32,000 nucleotides of DNA from Candidatus Lokiarchaeum ossiferum (GTDB taxonomy: Archaea; Asgardarchaeota; Lokiarchaeia; Sigyniarchaeales; Promethearchaeaceae), in the NCBI GenBank assembly GCA_025839675.1, contig CP104013.1:120001-152000 (forward strand), given 5' to 3'. The notes beneath the pieces are model-generated. The model worked only from the letters and a program-made list of their open reading frames with translations, had not been told where the DNA came from and made no database searches. Positions within the stretch are counted from its first letter, which is position 1. Each line of letters opens with the position of its first letter. Made by a program: the position numbers and the translations under genes. This document shows, one piece after another, positions 26,821-32,000 of the stretch.

Positions 26821-26830
26821 AAAAAAAAAA
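26821..26830 (-). terminator. oligo-T run (minus strand) after rps3ae
   Basis: A10 on the plus strand equals T10 on the minus strand. It begins 17 nt after the rps3ae stop. Confidence 0.4.
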
Positions 26831-26846
26831 TTTAAAATTTTTGAAC

Positions 26847-27644
26847 TTATTCTGCGAGTTCTTTAGGAAGATCTTCAATCTCTTCATCCGCATCTTCTTC
26901 TTCAGCCGGTGCGGCTTCAGGATCTGATTCCATTTCCTTCTTTTTGCGGACTTTCTTGGCTTTAACAGATTTCCCATGTTCATCTAATTCAATCATTACA
27001 TCTTCAAAAGTCTCATCCTCGTTGACAATGATGTCGTCGTTAATGCCTTCAGGGACACTGATTACTTTTACTTTCCGTACTTGGCATTCTCGAAGTGGAT
27101 AGATGGTTTTTGCGATCTTTGAGATGTTTTTAGCGAACTTGCCATTAACGATTCCTTGAATAAACTTCTCATGGGTCATATTTTTGGCAAATTCATTGAG
27201 AACTTGGTGGATAATTTTGCGGATGGTGACTTTTTGACTTTTCTTGGCCCGTCGTCGGGTGACAACAAAAGTGCTGACTCGATAAACAACATTATCGGCA
27301 GTGGTATAATTGAAAATTCCATCAATTCGGGATGATCCACGATGAATCAAAGAGCGGATAAAATCACGGGTTAATTCATGCCCCCAAAAGATAGTGTTAG
27401 CACGTTTACCAGCAATATCGGTAACTTTGAATTTGAGTTTGGTAGTGGTGTGTTTGAAGTTATTGGTTAGATCATACAATAAAATTTCCAAGGTGCGTCC
27501 AATGACACTGTCTGGATTGCTGGATGGAATTTGACCAATAAATTCTTCTTTAAATGTTTTTGGAGCGTAAACATCGTACCATTCTTTTGTCTTCCAGTTA
27601 TCAATGGTTTTTCCTCTTCCTCGTTTTTTAGATTTGCTTGACAT
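26847..27644 (-). CDS. rps3ae: 30S ribosomal protein S3Ae (eS1)
   Basis: The segments KTKEWYDVYAPKTF, GRTLEILLYDLT, FKVTDIAGKRANTIFWGHELTRDFIRSLIHRGSSRID and YPLRECQVRKVKV match the eS1 family as I remember it. The C-terminus carries a long basic-then-acidic extension. Confidence 0.9.
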   Translation of the reverse strand: MSSKSKKRGRGKTIDNWKTKEWYDVYAPKTFKEEFIGQIPSSNPDSVIGRTLEILLYDLTNNFKHTTTKLKFKVTDIAGKRANTIFWGHELTRDFIRSLIHRGSSRIDGIFNYTTADNVVYRVSTFVVTRRRAKKSQKVTIRKIIHQVLNEFAKNMTHEKFIQGIVNGKFAKNISKIAKTIYPLRECQVRKVKVISVPEGINDDIIVNEDETFEDVMIELDEHGKSVKAKKVRKKKEMESDPEAAPAEEEDADEEIEDLPKELAE

Positions 27645-27657
27645 TTTTCATTTCACC

Positions 27658-28113
27658 TTATCGGAGATAAATTTGAATCTTTTCAGGGTCATATTTGAAG
27701 TCTTTTGCTACAACGCCCTTTTTACGATAATATTTGATTAACCGTCGGATTTTTGCTTCGGTTCGATTTAAACCTTTGCGGCCTTCTAAATCCTTTTTGT
27801 TTTCTTCCAAATGTCGTCTTACCGATACAGCTTTACGAGATAAAAATAGAACATCTTCGGGTAACTTAGGGAGTAAATCGTGTTCTTTCAAGATTTGAGA
27901 GATCGATTTTCCAGTTACAATTTTACAAAGAGGGGTTCCATATGCATCACGTAATGTAAGGCCGATAAGTGACATAGATTCTCCCTTTCGGGCTAATTCT
28001 ACGACTTTTGCTTCCACTTCTTCAGCAGAGTGTGGAAACCATGGTTGAATCTCGAGTTTCGCAGGTCGCGAGCTTCCAGATTTTCCCTTTTTTCGACTGT
28101 GCATTCGTGCCAT
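27658..28113 (-). CDS. rps15: 30S ribosomal protein S15 (uS15, S13e type)
   Basis: MARMHSRKKGKSGSSRP is the canonical archaeal S15 N-terminus. RRLIKYYRKKGVVAKDFKYDP is also present. GGTGA lies 8 nt upstream of ATG 28113. The track start at 28155 adds 14 unlikely residues. The gap to rps3ae is 13 nt. Confidence 0.9.
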   Translation of the reverse strand: MARMHSRKKGKSGSSRPAKLEIQPWFPHSAEEVEAKVVELARKGESMSLIGLTLRDAYGTPLCKIVTGKSISQILKEHDLLPKLPEDVLFLSRKAVSVRRHLEENKKDLEGRKGLNRTEAKIRRLIKYYRKKGVVAKDFKYDPEKIQIYLR

Positions 28114-28451
28114 GTTAGTTTCACCAAATTGAAGTAATACGAGTTTATTCAACAAACTTAAATGTGAAATATTCCGGTATATGGTTCAAAGGTTGCTCTT
28201 CTCAAGTTTGAACAGATCGTGAGAAGAGTGTAAGTTGATAAAGCAAGCAAAAATATTAAATTTTCCGATTTAGAAAAAGGAATATCAAATTAAACAAACG
28301 GAAAAGTCTCTAATTTTATGAATTTATGCTGATTTATATTTTTTTCCGAATTGTTGCACCCAAAAAAGAAGAAAAGTAAATTATGGAACGTTTATTCAGT
28401 AGATATATATTGGTAGATTTATGAATCAAAAAATTCGGTGATATGGTTGGT

Positions 28452-30704
28452 TTAAAGTTTTTTTCCTTCCTCATGTAATTCGTTGTTTTGCCAGTTTTCA
28501 AACATTTGATCTAAGGATGCGGTAAATTCCTTCAATTTTTCAATGATTATTCGATTATTTTGGATTTGAAAGGGCAGGATTTGCATCCATTCAATTAAAT
28601 ATTCGTGTAATTCCTCTTCAGCGAGCCCTAAGCCTTGGGCTACTAAGGGGATATCAATTTCTGAGCTCATTTTTAAGATACGGGAGAATTTAATTAGCAG
28701 TTCGGATTTACTTTCCGGATTGGTCTTATGTTCTTGATTTATTCTGTTGTTATTATTAATTGATGAAGGTTGGTTAATTTTTTTTTCAAAATTGGCGAAA
28801 TTATTCGTTTCAATTGCCTTTTCGGGGACTTCAGTAAAATCTTCAAAATTAAAAAATGCAGGCTTTTCTCCTCTAGGTTTAAAAATTTTTCTTATTAGAT
28901 TCACAATTCCAACGAAAATGGCCACACCAATAGCGATTAATACTCCAAAAGTTAGTAAGAGCAAAAATCCATCTAGGAAACTATATCCACCTCCCATAGA
29001 AATTGTAGAATAATCAAATTTCCAAAGATAAAAATAGACTTTATTCATAGGATTCCGAGCGGTATTTTGACATCCGGTGAATTGCACCGATTGAGCGTTG
29101 TAAACGTACAAGTATGCACATACGCCTTGGTCAATTACACGTGCCTGAATGTCATCATAAATTTGTTCACGTTTGGTCACGTTTGTTTCAATTAAACCCG
29201 CTTTCATCAAAGCGTTTAATCCAAAAACAGGTTCCGAATCATTCACATGTGCATGGTTATCAATTGAGGAGGGGGATAATAATGGGTTGATAAAGTTGCT
29301 CGGATCATTATAGTCTGGACCCCATCCCAACATAAAGATTTGGCACGTTCCGTCATCTAATGAATCAACGAATTCTCCCCAAGTTAAACCAATAAGGGTG
29401 ACTTTAATTCCAATTTTAGCAAAGTTCGCTTTTGCTACTTGTCCAACACCTTCACGCATGGAATTTCCAGAGTTGTAGGGGTAGGTATAAGAAACGACTT
29501 CAGTTGATTCCCAATCATCATCAGTTGAAGATGCGGTTAATCCTGTATCTTGAGCTAATGTATAATCTCCAGTCCCTTCTCCTTCCGCTATTGCTTGTAA
29601 TATTATTTCGCGAGCTAAAGTTATATTTTGAACGGGTGCTTTGATGGAAGAATCGTGGTACATAATACCTTTGGGTACGATAGAGGTCATTTGGGCAATT
29701 TCACCTTTACCTAATTCTTCAATAATATAGGTGTAATTTAATGCGGCTTGCATCGCATTACGGGTTAATTTGTCAATGTTGTTACAATCAAATCCGAGAT
29801 AAATGATGACAGTTCCTTGCATTCGGTCTCCCACGTCATGATATTCGCTTGCTTTATATTCTTCCATGAATTCCATGCTGATTCCATCAATTGCATCAAG
29901 GTCTCCATCAAGGAAATCTTGGTTTTTGGAAGTAACATCATCATATAAAACCCAATGCATTTCTAAGATGTCAGGGGCCTCTCCCCCATACCAATCTTCG
30001 AAGTATTTGAATTCAGTTAAACGGGTTCCCATCGAATGTTGGTAATATGGCCCTGTTCCGATTAAAGTATCGGTTGCGGTTATATAATAATCATCGACAG
30101 GCGTGCTACCTGCTGCATTCGATAGGATAACCGAACCAGAAAAACATAACAAAGAAACAAACGCGGCATATTTATAGTTTAATAAAAATTTAACATGGGT
30201 CGCATTTAATGCAGTGGTACTATAGATCAATAATGGTGTGTTCGGATGAAGCGCTGCTAAGGGTTCATATAATTCTGCAATTTGGGTTTTCGTTTCGGCA
30301 GAACAGAATCGATTCAATCGGTCGAAAGTGAAAACCACATCCTCAGCATCAAAATCCGAACCGTCATGGAATGTGACCCCTGTTTTTAATTCAACGGTGT
30401 AGCTATACTTGGTCCCATTGATTGTACTTTCAGTCCCCCACACACCGAAGGCTTTAGCCAACTGTGGCTGGATAGCGAGGTTAGGATCGGTCAAATCATA
30501 AGAGAAAAGCCCTTCGCAGACTTGATTGATGTGGGCGATTGAAGCGCTATCCCAGGCATATTGTGGGTCTAAATCCACAACGAGAGAAGAAGTCCCGTAT
30601 ATCAACGGACGGGGCTTTAATTCTCGTTCACCAGCCACGAGAAAAGGACTAAAAAAACTTCCTAAGATTACCGCTAACATAGCAACTAGGTTTTTTTTTT
30701 TCAC
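28452..30704 (-). CDS. ABC-type solute-binding protein, family 5 (Opp/Dpp-like), with C-terminal TM anchor and 146-aa cytoplasmic tail
   Basis: The product has a signal/anchor peptide MKKKNLVAMLAVILGSFF and an SBP_bac_5-like body (DLDPQYAWDSAS..., VTFHDGSDFDAEDVVFTFDR, GWGPDYNDPSNF). A TM helix GFLLLLTFGVLIAIGVAIFVGIVNLI follows, then a tail. The start is GTG. Confidence 0.8.
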   Translation of the reverse strand: MKKKNLVAMLAVILGSFFSPFLVAGERELKPRPLIYGTSSLVVDLDPQYAWDSASIAHINQVCEGLFSYDLTDPNLAIQPQLAKAFGVWGTESTINGTKYSYTVELKTGVTFHDGSDFDAEDVVFTFDRLNRFCSAETKTQIAELYEPLAALHPNTPLLIYSTTALNATHVKFLLNYKYAAFVSLLCFSGSVILSNAAGSTPVDDYYITATDTLIGTGPYYQHSMGTRLTEFKYFEDWYGGEAPDILEMHWVLYDDVTSKNQDFLDGDLDAIDGISMEFMEEYKASEYHDVGDRMQGTVIIYLGFDCNNIDKLTRNAMQAALNYTYIIEELGKGEIAQMTSIVPKGIMYHDSSIKAPVQNITLAREIILQAIAEGEGTGDYTLAQDTGLTASSTDDDWESTEVVSYTYPYNSGNSMREGVGQVAKANFAKIGIKVTLIGLTWGEFVDSLDDGTCQIFMLGWGPDYNDPSNFINPLLSPSSIDNHAHVNDSEPVFGLNALMKAGLIETNVTKREQIYDDIQARVIDQGVCAYLYVYNAQSVQFTGCQNTARNPMNKVYFYLWKFDYSTISMGGGYSFLDGFLLLLTFGVLIAIGVAIFVGIVNLIRKIFKPRGEKPAFFNFEDFTEVPEKAIETNNFANFEKKINQPSSINNNNRINQEHKTNPESKSELLIKFSRILKMSSEIDIPLVAQGLGLAEEELHEYLIEWMQILPFQIQNNRIIIEKLKEFTASLDQMFENWQNNELHEEGKKL

Positions 30705-31104
30705 GTTTTTTCCCTTTTAGATTTAGAATTTATACAATGGATAATTATTTCCTCAGCTATTTGAAGATAGTGGAAAATATATCCGCCAATATTGCGCAGA
30801 TTATTTTAATCATACTTTTTTTTCCTATTCCGACAGATGGGAAGTAATACCTTTTATTTTATTCTGGAACGAAGAATTAAAAAATGCAATGGTATCCAAG
30901 AAACCAGTCCAATTTTTTTAGTATAAAAGAGATAACAAATTCTGAAATAATTGTAGAAACATAAATTCTTTTTTTCCAAGTAGTATGAAAGATCTTAATA
31001 ATAAGAAAGAACTAGTTTTAAAAATAAATTGAATGTGTTAATGAAAAAAGGGACTGAATTTACCTTATACAAATAAAAATCAACAATATTACTAGGATTT
31101 GAAA

Positions 31105-32000
31105 ATGAGCAATTTACGAAATCTATCTTTATCAAAAAAGAGTTTGAGAAAAATTGAGGGACTGAATATTTATACAGACTTGGTAACACTTGTTTTAAAT
31201 CACAATGAGATACAAAAAATTGAAGGTCTTGATAATTTAAGAAAAATAGAGATTCTTAAAATGAATGATAATCAAATCCATAAAATTGAAAATCTAAGTC
31301 ATTTAACCAATTTAAAAAACCTATCATTAAGTAGAAACTTAATTCAAAAAGTTGAAGGATTAGATAATTTATGTAATCTTCGTTCTTTGAATCTCAGTTA
31401 TAATGATATTTCTAAAATAGAAGGTTTAGATAAGAATTTTGAACTCCGACAATTGCGGATACGTGATAATATACATATTAGAAAAATTGAAGGTTTAGAT
31501 AATCTTAGATCTTTACAAGTATTAGACTTAGGAATAATAAATATAGTAAAAATTGAAGGATTATCTTATTTGCATTCATTAAAAGATTTAATTTTTACCT
31601 TACCAAAGAATTGTGAAGTTGATCTACAAATCGAAGGTTTTGAACACCTTATTTCAGCAAAAAATATCGATATTGATTATTATAAATTCCAAGAAGAATT
31701 TGTGGATTCAAAAACCATTGTATGTCTTTTAAGGTTTGCCTGTATTATTAAAACTCAAATAAAATTGGATGATTGGCAACGTATCTTAATGATTTTTCCG
31801 GGAAATTTTTGGATGTATAGCAATACCCATTCGATTGATCATGTAAATTGGTATTTAAATCAATGTCAACCACATCTGGAGAAATTTATCACAGATTTGA
31901 CTTCTGAACAAAATTATCATTCCATTTATAATGCTTCTAAGAAAAATTGGGATCTTTTTCTAACTCGAGTGAAATTATTTTTGAAAGAATCTCCCCAAAT
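31105..32000 (+). CDS. leucine-rich repeat protein (22-residue SDS22/internalin-type LRRs), 3' end outside window
   Basis: The frame is open from ATG 31105 to the window edge, which is why it is absent from the ORF track. It contains about 7-8 units of LxxLxLxxNxIxKIEGLdnLxx, followed by a non-repeat region. Confidence 0.8.
   Translation, partial: MSNLRNLSLSKKSLRKIEGLNIYTDLVTLVLNHNEIQKIEGLDNLRKIEILKMNDNQIHKIENLSHLTNLKNLSLSRNLIQKVEGLDNLCNLRSLNLSYNDISKIEGLDKNFELRQLRIRDNIHIRKIEGLDNLRSLQVLDLGIINIVKIEGLSYLHSLKDLIFTLPKNCEVDLQIEGFEHLISAKNIDIDYYKFQEEFVDSKTIVCLLRFACIIKTQIKLDDWQRILMIFPGNFWMYSNTHSIDHVNWYLNQCQPHLEKFITDLTSEQNYHSIYNASKKNWDLFLTRVKLFLKESPQ
31111..31653 (+). repeat. 66-bp periodic coding repeats (LRR units)
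   Basis: The element AAAATTGAAGGTTTAGATAAT and close variants recur near 31219, 31351, 31418, 31484 and 31550. Confidence 0.8.

Noticed and set aside
28183-28192. A GGTTCAAAGG T-loop-like string, and a CTCATAA anticodon-loop-like string at about 25907, were examined as possible tRNA fragments.
   Set aside because: In both cases the flanking bases do not form the required 5-bp stems, and no acceptor or D arm can be drawn. I see no tRNA in the window.
28196-28228. A 9-bp inverted repeat CTCTTCTCA/TGAGAAGAG with a 15-nt loop lies upstream of rps15.
   Set aside because: It lies upstream of the likely rps15 TATA/SD region and more than 200 nt downstream of the SBP stop. Stems of this length and spacing are expected by chance. 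There is no supporting T-run or repeat.
28990-30650. G+C is visibly higher in the SBP ectodomain than in neighbouring AT-rich genes. The same holds for the r-protein, GlmU-like and dehydrogenase genes. This could be a sign of horizontal transfer.
   Set aside because: The richer segments coincide with conserved globular enzyme or binding domains (Gly/Ala/Pro/Arg-rich). The AT-rich ones coincide with membrane, disordered or K/N/I-rich regions, so amino-acid composition explains it. There are no flanking repeats or mobility genes.
31050-31167. The 10-mer GGGACTGAAT occurs twice, at 31050-31059 in the intergenic region and at 31158-31167 in the first LRR unit. This could be a degenerate upstream LRR remnant.
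   Set aside because: The upstream copy sits in a frame interrupted by stops, and the similarity does not extend convincingly beyond about 20 nt.
805-31189. Many short ORFs in the track lie inside or antisense to longer genes. Examples are 805-1059-, 1735-2001-, 3204-3470-, 3571-3756-, 3894-4076-, 4369-4611-, 4382-4594+, 4699-5052+, 7327-7566+, 8184-8901 set, 9808-10074+, 10491-11031+, 12337-12522-, 12552-12818+, 14607-14825-, 15776-16381 set, 20415-20612+, 25350-25589-, 26789-26983-, 28747-29013+, 29432-29644+, 30526-30720+ and 30995-31189-.
   Set aside because: Each overlaps a longer ORF that has clear domain motifs. Their translations are low-complexity or mirror-image artefacts of AT-rich coding DNA (for example the F/L-rich antisense of the E/K coiled coil). 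None has a start context or motif of its own.
1-32000. I scanned for CRISPR repeats, IS/transposase or integrase genes, toxin-antitoxin pairs, restriction-modification or other known defence genes, and rRNA.
   Set aside because: None was found. The only periodic repeats are the coding LRR units. The AbrB-domain gene has no toxin partner and is far larger than an antitoxin.

Overview
This is a strongly AT-rich archaeal chromosomal segment. The archaeal origin rests on archaeal/eukaryotic-type ribosomal proteins eS1 (S3Ae) and uS15, an archaeal-type ValRS, GGAGG/GGTGA-like Shine-Dalgarno motifs, and oligo-T runs after genes. I support about 26 protein genes. I found no rRNA, tRNA, CRISPR array, transposase, integrase or recognisable defence gene. 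Left to right the content is:
- an alpha/beta hydrolase, a 7TM membrane protein and a HAD hydrolase
- valS, preceded by a Val-rich mini-ORF
- three small or membrane proteins, including a glycosylation-sequon-rich beta-propeller-like surface protein
- a U32-family protein
- a divergent four-gene block: AbrB-helical protein, longin-like/Arf-like GTPase fusion with a long disordered tail, an orphan protein, and a HEAT + coiled-coil protein
- a GlmU-like sugar-1-P nucleotidyltransferase
- a MacB/FtsX-type ABC operon with two ~1100-aa permeases and a zinc-ribbon-tailed ATPase
- a D-2-hydroxyacid dehydrogenase and a second 7TM paralog
- the rps15-rps3ae operon
- an orphan family-5 solute-binding protein with a TM anchor and cytoplasmic tail
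- a 22-residue-type LRR protein running off the right edge

The Arf-like/longin/HEAT/LRR content together with the low GC suggests an Asgard (Lokiarchaeia-like) genome. That placement is inference only. The two most interesting candidates are the GTPase-centred divergent module (9609-14957) and the valine-codon leader ORF with nested pairings in front of valS (2990-3138). All domain calls come from reading motifs by eye. No searches were run.
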